From positions 14,673 through 78,672 of IMG/VR virus record IMGVR_UViG_3300009177_000032: a stretch of DNA of 64,000 nucleotides; one strand, written 5' to 3'. Under the pieces are notes generated by a model. It saw nothing but the letters and a program-made list of their open reading frames with translations, had not been told where the DNA came from and did not search any database. This stretch comes from a virus. The translations under genes were made by a program, and so were the position numbers. Positions 47,001 to 54,400 of the stretch are shown piece after piece. Position 1 is the stretch's first letter, and every line of letters starts with the position of its first letter.

Positions 47001-48054
47001 CCACACCGAATGCCTCTTTGGCCGGAACCAGCGCATTTGACACGAACCTGAAAACATCCTGCTCGTGCTGGTTGGCCGTTCCCTCCTGCACCTTCTGGAA
47101 AATCTCGCGCATCTCCCGCGGGCTGTACTCCGTTGTGATGTGCTCGGTAAGCGCATCTTTCAACCCAGGGATATCATGAGCCAGCCCTGGCTTGCCGGCG
47201 TGCGCCCCGCTCAACGCCGAAAACCCTGTCTCAGTGAGAATGTCGGTGATGTTCTCACCGATCTTTTCGTAGTCCCGGTCGTCAGGGTTTTTGCCGAGCT
47301 CCGTCCCGAGCTCCGCGGCCTTATCCTTCACGTTCTTCCCAAGCGTGTAGGCAAAGCCCGCGGCCACTAGCCTTTGCATCCATGCCGGCAAAGCTGGTAT
47401 CGCTGCCGTCAGCACACCCTTTGCGCTCGTGAAAAAGTTGAGCGTGTTCCCGATCGAGTCGATGCCGCCGCCGATGAGCTGCTCCCCTTTGGTAGCCGGG
47501 ACCTGTGCTGTCGAAATCTGCGGCCCTGCAACCTGCTCGACCGGTAACCCTGGAATGCTCGAGCCGACAAACTGCCGAGCCGCCTCGCGCTTGGCCTCCT
47601 CGCTCAGCTTCGGGAATACCTTAAACTCCGGTCTGTTCCAGAACGTGTCCCCGAGGATCTGCCCCATCGTTTCCGGGTTCTCGTATTGGTCAGCTCGAGG
47701 CTCAGCCCCCGCCTGCTTGTTTGCCTGATCTATCTCTTGCGGCATGACCGACCTGGAAGGAGCAGGAGCGGGAAACGACTGCGGCCTCATCGACCTTACC
47801 GGCGGAGGATTTGTGCCGGTCGTGCTCTGGACACTCGTGTCGACTTTGGCGAATGGAACCGGCGGGAGAGCGGACCGGTCTACTTGGTCCATGAAGTCCG
47901 GAGCCGGCCCTACATTTCCGGGAGTCGTCCTGTCCACCTGTTCTGCGAACGAGTCGGGGCTGAACTTTCCGGCCATGCTGCGATCAGGTGTGGCCGGCGG
48001 GGTTTGCTTTGGAAACTCTATTGCGTCGATCTGGTCCTCAAACGAAAGCGCCAT
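35083..48054 (-). CDS. 4323-aa DarB-like polyvalent (probably ejected virion) protein: N6-MTase + Strawberry-notch-type SF2 helicase + zincin-like peptidase
   Basis: YSTP, DDTAGNG, NPPF (MTase); GDETGIGKGRQ, DEAH, YLSAT, ELTGR, STGLSAHA, QTLGRIRRTG (helicase); PHEIFH (HExxH); last gene of virion operon. Confidence 0.9.
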   Translation of the reverse strand: MALSFEDQIDAIEFPKQTPPATPDRSMAGKFSPDSFAEQVDRTTPGNVGPAPDFMDQVDRSALPPVPFAKVDTSVQSTTGTNPPPVRSMRPQSFPAPAPSRSVMPQEIDQANKQAGAEPRADQYENPETMGQILGDTFWNRPEFKVFPKLSEEAKREAARQFVGSSIPGLPVEQVAGPQISTAQVPATKGEQLIGGGIDSIGNTLNFFTSAKGVLTAAIPALPAWMQRLVAAGFAYTLGKNVKDKAAELGTELGKNPDDRDYEKIGENITDILTETGFSALSGAHAGKPGLAHDIPGLKDALTEHITTEYSPREMREIFQKVQEGTANQHEQDVFRFVSNALVPAKEAFGVARNPTTRITTLRPTIDSKFWQSYLGLSPETLVAFYGSEQPKALLTQGDNYANRQQGPMGETPAQQTEGVPPVPEGGPGGVQGPAGARLLQAPQIETGAVTPTGGTGAPGVPPAVNPQLPSGAPPVPPPQAPITPLKSIDWEKLPAIPANNTPIAIQTADGQIVPGLFGGYWEQSPGQPLPGNKPVVAYLTPSGKWSHGTLHEGDTIIDGEVPPYSEWHPKQPVKLSSDERMDLSVISSLLRQADELKLNVAGVKQAYQTYQKPGVTRSEMAEWPPIRETLKTLNTLIADAKKKQKPGAVPPPGAPMSDEMRERLLGPPADAPREKVISLLQDRLREMAANFSPHVGAHVTGTWFEGGVNYPAPGDAYIKGRGITIYARLKDLQGGAPDFKIAGEETAPQTDDHEILGILNSNVSSQQMAVNLKKLAAQRGISVKQMQEQVELQIVRSSQALAIRPDRGALFKFHQLVEAYNEQPNLSARTSTSIENQAYSTPAPMAFALGHMTGVTPQTALFDDTAGNGMLFIGGNFARSEGNELNAERRENLRKLGIGTVTGENALNYSSPRKFEIVHLNPPFGTIKQPTAVDGYGLKKIEHIIAARGLTSMEDTGTAGIILGAGMEPNAGRENRGALWVFENWLYAHYNVVANFELSGDLYARQGAKWPVQIIVIAGRKTTPIPIGQSGDLGPKSVARYDTWEQLWDEAQKTRDAVTAYRDSLGTGGTAGVPNLLPPGSRPPAVGGGAPGAPSGDVTTTEEGGVGEGAGAGQSPTGQRPPAGGAQLPSGETTGGSKGAGLPAKQPGGGGGTAPPVEGGAKGGGKGAPANAPTGGGAAPGGGKSGELSGKGALDRPAGSDITDLTDADLDNLLDTASEQVKKPTKPKQPRPAGKKQGKSGTKSTKGATKAPVSETLEGTPPPAGGAPGATTKAAADIISDLAKQGITGIDKAVQGLTDLFGGSNLGGVFGVPPFNEKTYAEAKKHFQEAWEQFKKAGKSLLDFAKYWIQKVGDVIKPYLKRFMQDVQQEQAEEKLPPKETTSPKQPPKVNATEYQVPYEPRSDGSPFGTLIPKNIAQGVFDALDAIKKAHGSIDEYVADRLHMDVMEIRTILAADQIDGVALGIYQFETGGALVIGDETGIGKGRQAAAFIRYALLNGMIPVFFTKDPKLFSDMWGDLKDIHTIVKPLIFGDPAKASIVDAAGNRLVSAPSSEIQRRIINDILQNGWDPDKFNAIFSTYSQVNVRNARQEFLEQLSRQNPVVIVMDEAHEAAGDAESSMQAAFFSGGPGVKRKNPVTGLTMTIHVPGILNANGAKAGMGGVAYLSATYAKRPENMPVYFRTGLSKAAQNFGQIVEAMKKGGVALQQAVSEALAKAGQYVRRERDFTGVRYDMKMVEVKDLAKLTEEVDAVTDVLSQIVDFSERIRDAVLAEGEGNESTAMSQNATDMTDFAAIVHNQVSQLLLAAKAEEVVAECVAAIKAGEKPVIALMNTMESFLDQFVTDHNIQPVQSITLRWNELTRHALSRTLRAKEKLPGGQTNIIIINPDEYGLGDLYRSIQRAADAIESKFPISPIDYIIQRLKAEGVKIAELTGRESGLEYTNFETGEATYKHFKKANKNTVVNGFNNGTYDGMLLNASGSTGLSAHASEKKEVTDKRPRHMVIAQPALDINVFMQTLGRIRRTGMVLLGRYKTPQGEVPYGARYTHLVLPIQAELRPAAMTARKMKSLNANTTADSDSAIKIDAEDIFNKYGDAIVAEYLDQTPEIQSMLGLFVSQKDDGTLDYDRDLARRFTGRMALLPDSSQKQAYDYILPAYRQRIEQLKATGEYDLEIVVHDDWDGRLQDDQQLKAGTDESNIFTASTRLQIWNIRDLRHVPTGDEMVNEFQRKTGGREKLLQDWDEVKANGDAKLDEMEARINQERAAWQADEDRKAELSEKEVTAHESEGISINVRAGQVEAARRRWSAAKAMADLVMEDAGRVVKLQNNATGDEFQGMLTEVRFPTNRFSPGAFRFKFLLHAPGGVAYINGAQFRGQEGWELGPSNSVPSDLGPGDKNARYERFFVVGNPIQGYVSTGGRGKMVRFKSSEGQVVTGLQMPRNWGPAQLVSDPRLELVNGTAATHFLVTHAKAGADRIPIESGQVVRIVRPSWGDRTFQISTPAAKSTGGTIYLDGPLRDITGDFDKRGNRMVANVSEEDMPAAIDRIVKITGQNFKAIGEATPLIPLVADSNTRGSSGRSRSSIEAPGETATGEAASGVGIEGIRRMFEDPELKISDEARRVALALLSEPVMRNLDWSKLMVSVRDRLPGDVSGRANIANQLIELSKGARPGTFPHEIFHFLWELLPPEVRAEVEQYRQEEIQQALGTVKDATALPPEVQELLGRMMARDGIHSEDFLRAMADIVGAHPELKAFLDRWYYLSSPQEYLAGVAGNEYARSNPFYHKEESLFQRLLARIREWLNGLLEALRRVIGYKPGIKRVISDLLNGRYRNTPEAGAELERWQAEPGPEKTELPEDEGLNMADLELDNEKVTTQRMGVIDTILGREQMSPEMLEAGKRHAEQTFTRAGLQVIPSEDNGYYELVDPDFESEIEGRRLLKLVQDDISTQQQPGQTMAKGALGFLINSIRNNMVGDDVTAFSPALKAELYAVTQGEASHRGLMLGVLAGLRKTAQYVARNVNTILARTYSDAFGGDFIRKILARITDHMRDYFTDEEISKALEEKPALKDLVDKTIALRIHDEGNAAYRWVQRLLKPKFKKTLAKLQSDARTEEAVNSFLEQAARQGIEPKPTPKPTKLTAVDRLIHLMTPATSAKINGIMRAAVEAAEFNAGRKQALLDAQSDEERQELLANFQAGEEPTRDQIERGLDQPEYRHWKDIRDNLVGYDPVTLKTAQDLIREDFSKTRFKAPVQRPADTRIDLEKLAQEPEAEVTRVLDAYWANLEANMDLSRADEGTRARVLSIIETQLAGQLERARERVRAPLFQPPQERGATLTPEARLGAKINAGLFRDPRLDLVEYVQTVANKSIIQRVMPKASDLVRQALDTPFYRQAQIAQNFSQILINRYGVPAEVADRAAALFEAAYQNLFEKARVQAIKRATDGLTPKERKFARPGKPLWHKIVAAANAGIFDSTDVLRQIAAAKGWTPPTEAQVKRFKDLAAQIQKLQELTPEERAQAGNDAEALRRAQAARDALTEERRGTLSKDISALWAKMTRPIVFPGFSVQSWRNAWNSRRNIADAINEFEVANMLLKVGFALRLPTHIISQLFWHIPTRAAGVAWMRQAEGSRESAWRDLNVALADGYGRALKALRPAIASARSALAGRGQSRNVDRLVTGVLMFERMEAEAKAASEKGQHGKAAVLRLLGLARFSLRFVQAVDNFQGVPAEFQELANQIEGELRERGMDKAEIAANKDRILGNLKEKRDAAMALARQVLGENAGPNEVNEAAWNLVRSNIYEDIRALGLPADDFRAKNEKLRRTIAWQERVTHGLGGLVAGAGKMASGFAANIGLPFSFARFANAVGTGINYSLFFTPLYAQGAIKVPGMGGDEESPWFWSEEDRYQRRVQAIVGSILGALIMGMVFAGLIRVFLRGPKNKAERELWEAQGHRSGTIELVLNDHEFIPMSLTVGLASAFAPYAATAGAILEAVMAREKAQEKLNAEAEKKGIAPGKIPPIGALDIASIAAQSLWGTLISGKAFSGVVQSGTEYGVPNVSKMAAAYVSPNILGLPAYQEFARGAGVNMDSKLSGFWDFLVPLPTSQARAVNILGDPVGTPDAVQRWIQTLTAGGGVMGIYPGIVDTEQAKALAPYAALLNSGYRPPAVDSAKGYPIDGEYRPMNKTELADYSVARGQNFKQSLEALGPDATLSDIRTAFNQANQTALQSVGVDTSAMEALSKTAPGNGQVPTGSASRYVTPQNAQVPSIAAGGGAPLRGAARLPNLRRGVRLPARSLRGPRGPSIRRPGGRAGALRRTGAGGIRSLRPRAH
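44469..44885 (-). CDS. nested gene in +1 frame of giant protein (138 aa, Leu/Glu/Gln-rich helical)
   Basis: MQLQPTEIAW...QLLAEESLESFLARVL; host frame here is a G/P/A low-complexity linker. Confidence 0.6.
   Translation of the reverse strand: MQLQPTEIAWAPAEQPEYLTYYLLAQGPPRSAEELLALQVGMLQRLRREASEKELEQANRQLDNDLPQEALNFLPGKLLEDPKAPAYLLNNPAAEGGPLHQWKAGLKEAVKARQLMPQPEAAQLLAEESLESFLARVL
46596..46853 (-). CDS. nested gene in +1 frame of giant protein (85 aa, MP..SKAQ small basic phage protein)
   Basis: AAGGAG SD (46860-46865) 6 nt before ATG; MPIVSKAQ...P...RR...E....DLPERV pattern. Confidence 0.7.
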   Translation of the reverse strand: MPIVSKAQWVKLRLNKPKVFRRFQKEAPVEFKDLPERVSSKRHKSKQVRSLRRGGLVRQASRPRSILSYHRGLLPYLRHKPRSLR

Positions 48055-48089
48055 GCGCGCTTTTTACCATGGGAACTCCTTCAATCAAA

Positions 48090-48506
48090 CTAATTCACCG
48101 TCGACCGGTCCTCTTTGAAGGCTTTCCAACCTCCAAGATTGACCCCCTGATAGATCTCTGTGCGCGTCTTTAGCGGGACGCCCAGGGCAATCATGCAATC
48201 GAGAAAAAGCATGTCGCACTCCGATTTTGTGAGGCCGGCAGGAATGAAATCAGCGCCTGACTTCTTAAGCAGCGTGTTCCGGTAGGCCGCATCGTGGACG
48301 ACCGCCCCGAGCCAATAGTCTCCGAAAGGGGATAACCCGGTCGACCAAAGCGCCTCGGGGATGCTGCACCCGTCGCTTTCGGCCCCAGCTGGAACACGGT
48401 AAAAATCGCCGTTATCAGAGATGAGGTCGATCGGCTCCTCGATAACCATGTTTCGACCGTCGCGAGTCCGAAGCAAAACGTCGTTTCGGCTCTTAAAGAC
48501 GATCAA
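48090..48506 (-). CDS. DUF1353 family protein
   Basis: VPAG..SDGCSIP..LW...P...W.GAVVHDAAY...CD..F...M..LGV. Confidence 0.85.
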   Translation of the reverse strand: MIVFKSRNDVLLRTRDGRNMVIEEPIDLISDNGDFYRVPAGAESDGCSIPEALWSTGLSPFGDYWLGAVVHDAAYRNTLLKKSGADFIPAGLTKSECDMLFLDCMIALGVPLKTRTEIYQGVNLGGWKAFKEDRSTVN

Positions 48507-49588
48507 GGAAGGTCCTCCGGATTGGCAGTCGGCGCTCCCTGAACTGATTCGCTTTCCTGCAGCGCACGCGCGAGAGCGTTAGCCATCGGTAATCCCTGCT
48601 GAGTCCAGTATTGCGCCCGGTCGTAAACCATTGGGGCATACTTCCGTTTGGGAGCGGCCGTACTGGTAACCCCGCCGCCGGCCTGATCCTCGGGAGTTAC
48701 CGCCGCAGACGGTGTGCCGGTGTTGGCTCCTGGGGTCGCCCATGACGCTTGTCCGGCCCCTCCGGCTTGGTCCTCGGGTGTCACACCCGCCGGTTGAGCG
48801 CCTCCCCTGGCGGATCCACCCCACTGCGGAGGCGGGACCGCTGGCACATACTTGCCGCTATCCGGATCGAAAGTTACCAACCCCGCGAGCCGCTTATCCG
48901 TTTGGATGCGATTGACGCGCCTGTCGATCTCACCCTTCTGCAACAGCAAAGGTCCAAGGGCCGAAGTTCTCGCTTTCTCCACTCCGCGGCCCGCGATGTT
49001 GCTATACCACGGGATCTCCGGGTGCGGATTCTTCTTCTCCTCGGCAATCGCTTTCTCGAGCTCGGCCTGACGGTTGAGCGTGCTGGCTGCATCGTGAGCC
49101 GTCTGGAAATCGAAGGTCATCGCCTGGCGCGCCCGGTTGGACGCATCGGCCAATAGACCGGCCTGAGCCTCGCTCATCTTCGGGTAAACCGCCCGCACGT
49201 GGTTGGCATCCTCGAAATAACCAGCATTGGCTTGCCGCTCGGCCAAAGCGTTTTGATAGTCCTGCTCCTTGAGGGCCGCTGCATTCGGCTGGCCCATCTG
49301 CCAATCCATGAATTTCCCGTACTGCTCGGTCCCCTTCTGCAAAATCGCGTTGTGCTCGTGCCCGAGCTGGTTTCGCCAATTCGCTTCGTCCCGTTGGAGC
49401 TGCAAAGCCTTGTTCCGGTGTTCCTCCTCGAGCGCTAAGGCGCGGTTTCGGTAGTTCATCTCGTTCCGCTCCCTGAGAGAGCCGAGGAGATTGGACATTG
49501 AGGAAGCAAACGCGAGCCTGCGTTGCTGGTCCTCAGAAGTCTGAGCCGCCTGTACCCCGCCGAAAGAGTCTCCTACCAGGTAAGGCAT
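48503..49588 (-). CDS. probable internal virion (ejection) protein
   Basis: A/Q-rich helical, located upstream of giant protein; VTPEDQAGG duplicated. Confidence 0.6.
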   Translation of the reverse strand: MPYLVGDSFGGVQAAQTSEDQQRRLAFASSMSNLLGSLRERNEMNYRNRALALEEEHRNKALQLQRDEANWRNQLGHEHNAILQKGTEQYGKFMDWQMGQPNAAALKEQDYQNALAERQANAGYFEDANHVRAVYPKMSEAQAGLLADASNRARQAMTFDFQTAHDAASTLNRQAELEKAIAEEKKNPHPEIPWYSNIAGRGVEKARTSALGPLLLQKGEIDRRVNRIQTDKRLAGLVTFDPDSGKYVPAVPPPQWGGSARGGAQPAGVTPEDQAGGAGQASWATPGANTGTPSAAVTPEDQAGGGVTSTAAPKRKYAPMVYDRAQYWTQQGLPMANALARALQESESVQGAPTANPEDLP

Positions 49589-50925
49589 TATTCGTACGTC
49601 CCCTCTGGAATATAGTGAGGGCTGTTAGGGTTGCTGTAACGGTCGGCCATCTGGTTAGCGTAGTCCTGCCAATGCTGCGGGATTGCTCCCCAGTTGCTCA
49701 TATTCAGGAATGGCGATTGAACAGCGTTACCACCGACGCCTTGAGCTCCGCCGAACCGGCTCGGAGGCTGAGCTGGAGACATTCCTCCGCCCATGCTGGC
49801 ACCGGCATACTCCTGAGCCCCGCCGGTCGGGATGAACGATGCACCGCTCCAGTCCGTGCTCAGGTCTTTATCAACACGCTCGCCGAGCTGCTGCGCCGAG
49901 CCGGCAAGACCTCCGCCGGCATAGCCACGGATAAGACCTCCGCCGGCTTTGCCTTTGGCGCGCTGTTTCATGTGATCCATATGGATCTTGAGCGCTTCCT
50001 GATGCTTGCCAACGTGGTGCATGTTGTGCAAGTGGCGCAGCTTCTCGAGCAGGGGCAACACGCCAGGGATATGCACAACGTCCGCCGGTACGACAAATTC
50101 ACCTTTGGAAAGACGGGCCGGTATCGAGTCGGAGGTCCCCGTCCCTGGACCGCGGATGAGCCCGCCCTCTTTGTGACCCTGACCGCCAAGACCTGGTGTC
50201 CCCATGCTGCTGTAGATCGATGCCGCGTTGAGGATGCCCTGGTCCAGTGAGTCGGCAATGTCCGCCCACTCATTGGGAGACTTCTGCAGCCCGTAAAACG
50301 TGTTCGCCTGGTCGAGGTTCGTGAGCCCGCTCATCACCTGATTCTCCTGGCCGAGCAACTGGCCCTGAGTCTGAGCGGGGACAAGCGCTCTTTGCGCCTG
50401 AGCGTTCTCGAGCGCCTGCTGCTGGCCGGCTAATGCAAGCTGGTTTCCGGTAACGTAGCCGAGGTCATTCCGCGCCTGCTGCGCATTAGCGAGAGCCGCC
50501 TGAGCCCGGATCGGCGCTACGGCCGCCATGGACTGGCGCTGATTGTAGCTGCTCAAACCTCCGGAGCCGGTGAGCCTCGATTGATTCGAAGCCCGCAAAG
50601 CCTGTTGGACCCCAATGTCCGCAGCCGAATTAACCGCTTGCTGCTGCTGCTGCCGGAGCTGCGCGAGCTGATTGGACATTGCCCCGTTGTAGAACTGCTG
50701 CATGGCGCCGACCTGCTGGTTGGTCTGCGTCTGCGTGATCGGGGTGTTCGCGTTCCAATTCGAAGTAAAGGTCCCGAGGGCGTTGTTGACGTTCGACTGA
50801 TAGCCCGGAAGCTGTCCAATCGACCGGTTTATCGACGAGGCAAGGGCAGGGTTTTTAACACTCGAGACTGTCGAGTATTTCCCGGGACCGCCTGTCGCCC
50901 GTAAGATTCCGCCAATGGCACCCAA
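49588..50925 (-). CDS. probable internal virion/DNA-transfer protein
   Basis: Q/A/N-rich; GGLIRGPGTGTSDSIPARLSKGEFVVPADVV motif. Confidence 0.7.
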   Translation of the reverse strand: MGAIGGILRATGGPGKYSTVSSVKNPALASSINRSIGQLPGYQSNVNNALGTFTSNWNANTPITQTQTNQQVGAMQQFYNGAMSNQLAQLRQQQQQAVNSAADIGVQQALRASNQSRLTGSGGLSSYNQRQSMAAVAPIRAQAALANAQQARNDLGYVTGNQLALAGQQQALENAQAQRALVPAQTQGQLLGQENQVMSGLTNLDQANTFYGLQKSPNEWADIADSLDQGILNAASIYSSMGTPGLGGQGHKEGGLIRGPGTGTSDSIPARLSKGEFVVPADVVHIPGVLPLLEKLRHLHNMHHVGKHQEALKIHMDHMKQRAKGKAGGGLIRGYAGGGLAGSAQQLGERVDKDLSTDWSGASFIPTGGAQEYAGASMGGGMSPAQPPSRFGGAQGVGGNAVQSPFLNMSNWGAIPQHWQDYANQMADRYSNPNSPHYIPEGTYE

Positions 50926-50927
50926 AA

Positions 50928-51008
50928 CTAACGGCCCTTTCTTTTGACGGCCTTGCGCTTAACCGGTTTCCGACTCGTGGCTTTCTTCTGCGGTCTGCGT
51001 TTGCTCAT
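50928..51008 (-). CDS. 26-aa highly basic peptide
   Basis: MSKRRPQKKATSRKPVKRKAVKRKGR*, preceded by TTGCAC-16-TAAAAG. Confidence 0.4.
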   Translation of the reverse strand: MSKRRPQKKATSRKPVKRKAVKRKGR

Positions 51009-51049
51009 GCGGGCTCTTTTAATCCTTTCCATCCCTAGTGCAAGCCAAA

Positions 51050-51463
51050 TCACACGGGGCCCAGGTATTGCGCTTCAGCAAGTTTCAGCCCGCGGACCGC
51101 ATAGAAACGCTTTCCCACATGCTTGGGCGCGACGGTTGCTACGTTCACGTGGGTAGCGCCTTCCCGCCGGCAGTTGGCCATTAGCACATCAAAAATTGCG
51201 ATCTCCCTTCCTCTCTCGACGTACCAGAAAAGCACCTGAGCGACGAGTGCCTCGCGGTTGTAGGGGAATGGCAGGATGAGCGCCCCGGCGCAGCTTTTCG
51301 GACCTATCAGGCAGATTCCGCGCATAATCGTCTCGAGCACGGACGAAAGGCAGGAGGCGTGATCGTACTTGATGCTGTAGACCTCGCCGTGTTGGGTATA
51401 AAACCTGCGCAGCATCTGACCGATCTGGATGACGTCCTCCGGAACCGCGCGCCGGATATTCAT
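51050..51463 (-). CDS. GNAT-fold acetyltransferase-like protein
   Basis: IRRA..ED, FWYV, CRREGA, RFY..RG; typical position before podophage internal proteins. Confidence 0.7.
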   Translation of the reverse strand: MNIRRAVPEDVIQIGQMLRRFYTQHGEVYSIKYDHASCLSSVLETIMRGICLIGPKSCAGALILPFPYNREALVAQVLFWYVERGREIAIFDVLMANCRREGATHVNVATVAPKHVGKRFYAVRGLKLAEAQYLGPV

Positions 51464-51466
51464 GGC

Positions 51467-54400
51467 TCAGTTTTGGCCAATCACCCGCCAGTTAGCATTG
51501 TCGCTAACGACCCACGTGAACTTGTTGATTGCGGTGTTGGTCCATTTCGCCGCACCGTCAATCGTCTGAGAGGAAGTCGTCAGAATTGCGTTCGTGCCCG
51601 CGCTGCTGCACTTGACGATGTAGGATTTGCCACCTATCCCGACCGCAGTCGGCAGGGTCGCCGTGTGCGCTCCGGTGAGCAGCACCAGCCAATCAGTCGA
51701 GAGCAGGACGTAGTTTGCCGACTGCGAGTTGACGTTGTTCGTGAAGCCGCTGGAGTTGATCGTAACGAGTGCAGAGATCTGCGCTGCCGTAGTCGCCGTT
51801 CCATCCGCATCAATCGGGACTGCGCCTGAAGCTGTTGCGTCCGAGACTCCTCTCGCACCGTTTCCAACCTGAACCCGACCGCTGGTTAACGTCGCATTGT
51901 TGGTCGTGAAACTAAGGGGCGAGGCAATGAATTTTCCGTTGGCATCGGTAGAACCAACAGCCGCAGATAGGGTGTCTTTGTTCGTAAAGCTACCGTTCAA
52001 GGTCAGTCCACCGTTCAAGGTCAGTCCACCTTGATAGAGATTTCCAAAAAAGGTTTCATTCCGAAAAGCTCTAATCGAGTACCTAGTGGCTTGCGTGGAT
52101 TCGACAATAAACATGTGATTTCCGTAGGCGAGTCCCGTTCCAGACGTCGATCTGGCTGTCCACGTTATTCCGTCTGGAGATGACATGGCCGTTGTCCCAC
52201 CGCTGCCCGCAACGGCTGCAAACATTCCATCCCCGTAGGCGACTGCGACAGATGCGACACCGACGCCGGTCCTAGCAGTCCAGTTTGTGCCGTCCGGACT
52301 GGTCATCACCTGCTGCGCCGCCGACCCGTTATTGGCGACAGCAACCCAAAGCCCATTTCCGTAGGTCAGGGAAGTCCATTGGACCGAGTTGGCTGCGCTC
52401 TGAGAGGCCCAGTTAGTGCCGTTTGCGGAGGTCATAACCCGGCTGGTTCCGTCGAGCGATACCGCCACGAAAAGGTTGTTGGCAAAAGCTACTTTCTGCC
52501 ATTGGTTGCTCGCCGCCGCCGTCTGGAAATTCCATGTCGCGCCATCGTTTGAGGTGAATACCTCATTGGTGCCCTGTGAGCCGACCGCCACGTAAATGCC
52601 GTTCCCGTAGGTCACGGAAGTCAATTTGTTGCCGTAAGGGATTGTTGAAACAGTCCAGTTTGCCCCGTCAACAGTCCTAGCAATGTTCGTAGTGCTGGCC
52701 GTCGATGAAGCGACGGCGACAAATTGCCCTGCCCCGAAAGTAATGTCATTCCACGCCTGGCTGCTGCCTGTTGTGTTCGCGATCCAGACGTTTCCGTCTT
52801 GGGAGTAAGCCGTGTTAGTGCTCTGAGCTACGGCAATGAATCGCCCGTTACCATAAGCCAGAGCGTTCCATGTGTCAGTGAAGGGAAGGAAACCACCAGT
52901 AGTCCAGTCGACTCCGATCCCGGGCACTTGAGCTGCCGTTGTAGCGGTGCCGTCTGCGTTGATTGGAACCGCTCCGCTGGCCGAGACATTGGTAACTTGG
53001 TTCGCCGCGCTGAACATCGCCACCCTGGATGCGGTCGCGTTGCTAAGAGAGAGGGCATGGGCAGCGTCGACGCGAAAAGCATTACTCACAGTGATCGCCT
53101 GACTTTCCCCGTTGGTCACGATGAACCCTGGTTGGGCGATATGGCCCATCGAGATCGCTGTGGCTGCAATGAATTTTCCGTTGGAGTCGGACGCTACTGC
53201 ATCTGCGCTCAGGAGGTCCTTGTTGGTCATCCCTCCGTAGAAAATCTGGCCCCCTTCGTAAGTGTTTCCATTGACAGCAACGAACTGCTCGACGTGCCCC
53301 GAAGTGATGGCGTTCGAACTACCGATAACAACAAACTGCCCATTACCATAAGTCGCATACGGGATCCCGGTCCCGGTCGTTGGAGTCGTCACCTGCACCC
53401 AGTTGGTCCCGTCCACCGAAGTCATGGTCTGGCTATTGTTGGCTGCAACGAAAACCCCCTTGCCAAAGGCCAGCGTGTTAGCTTGGGCAAAAGGCGTGGT
53501 CTGATAGACCCAATTAGTGCCGTTGACTGACGTCGCCGCAGTCGTGCTCACAGAGCCAGAGGCGCTCACTGCCACGAAGATCCCGTTTCCGAAGGCGAGC
53601 TTGCTGATCGGATTGGCTATCGACGCCGAGGCCCACGTCGCTCCGTCGGGCGAGGTCCACACTACCGAGTCACCCGCAATCACAAAGAGCTGATTTGCGA
53701 AAATTACGTCCTGTCCGATACCTCCGGAAAGGCTCGCCCCGGCGGACCAAGTGATTCCATCGCGTGATGTAGCTGTGATCGAACTCTTGCCTGACGTTCC
53801 CACACTCACATAAAGACCATTCCCAAAAGTCACCCCCTGCCAGGACGCAGTTTGAGGAGTGCGGGCAGTCCAGTTGATGCCGTCGGGGGAAGTCATGCAG
53901 TCGCCCGCGTTCTGACCAAGATAAACAAATTGACCGTTCGCGTAGAGAGCGGCCTTGCGCCAGATTCCACTTACCGAAATGGAGCCTGATTTCCAGTGAA
54001 GCCCGTCGTGAGAATAGAAATTTGTCGCCGCGCAGAGGTAAACGTAGAGCCCGCCGCCGTATGTGACTTGCGATGACGGGGTGCCCGCCGTAAGCAAAAG
54101 GTTGGAACTCCACGTATAACCGGGCCATTGAAGTTGATACAATCCGTTGGTCGCATTGAGAGCCGCGTTGATTGCGTCAAAGGTGCCCGCCAGTTGAATG
54201 GCAAGCCTCGCGGTATTAGTGGCGTTTTGCGCCGAGCCAAGCGGATCCCACAAATTGGTATTGGCTATCGCCAGTTGGTTTGTCGCCGTCTGTGCGGCCC
54301 CCAATGCGTCCCATCGATTGCTGTTAGCAATGGCCAGTCCGTTTGTCGCAGCTTGAGCGGACCCTAACGGATCCCAGAGATTCGTGTTAGCTATTGCGAG

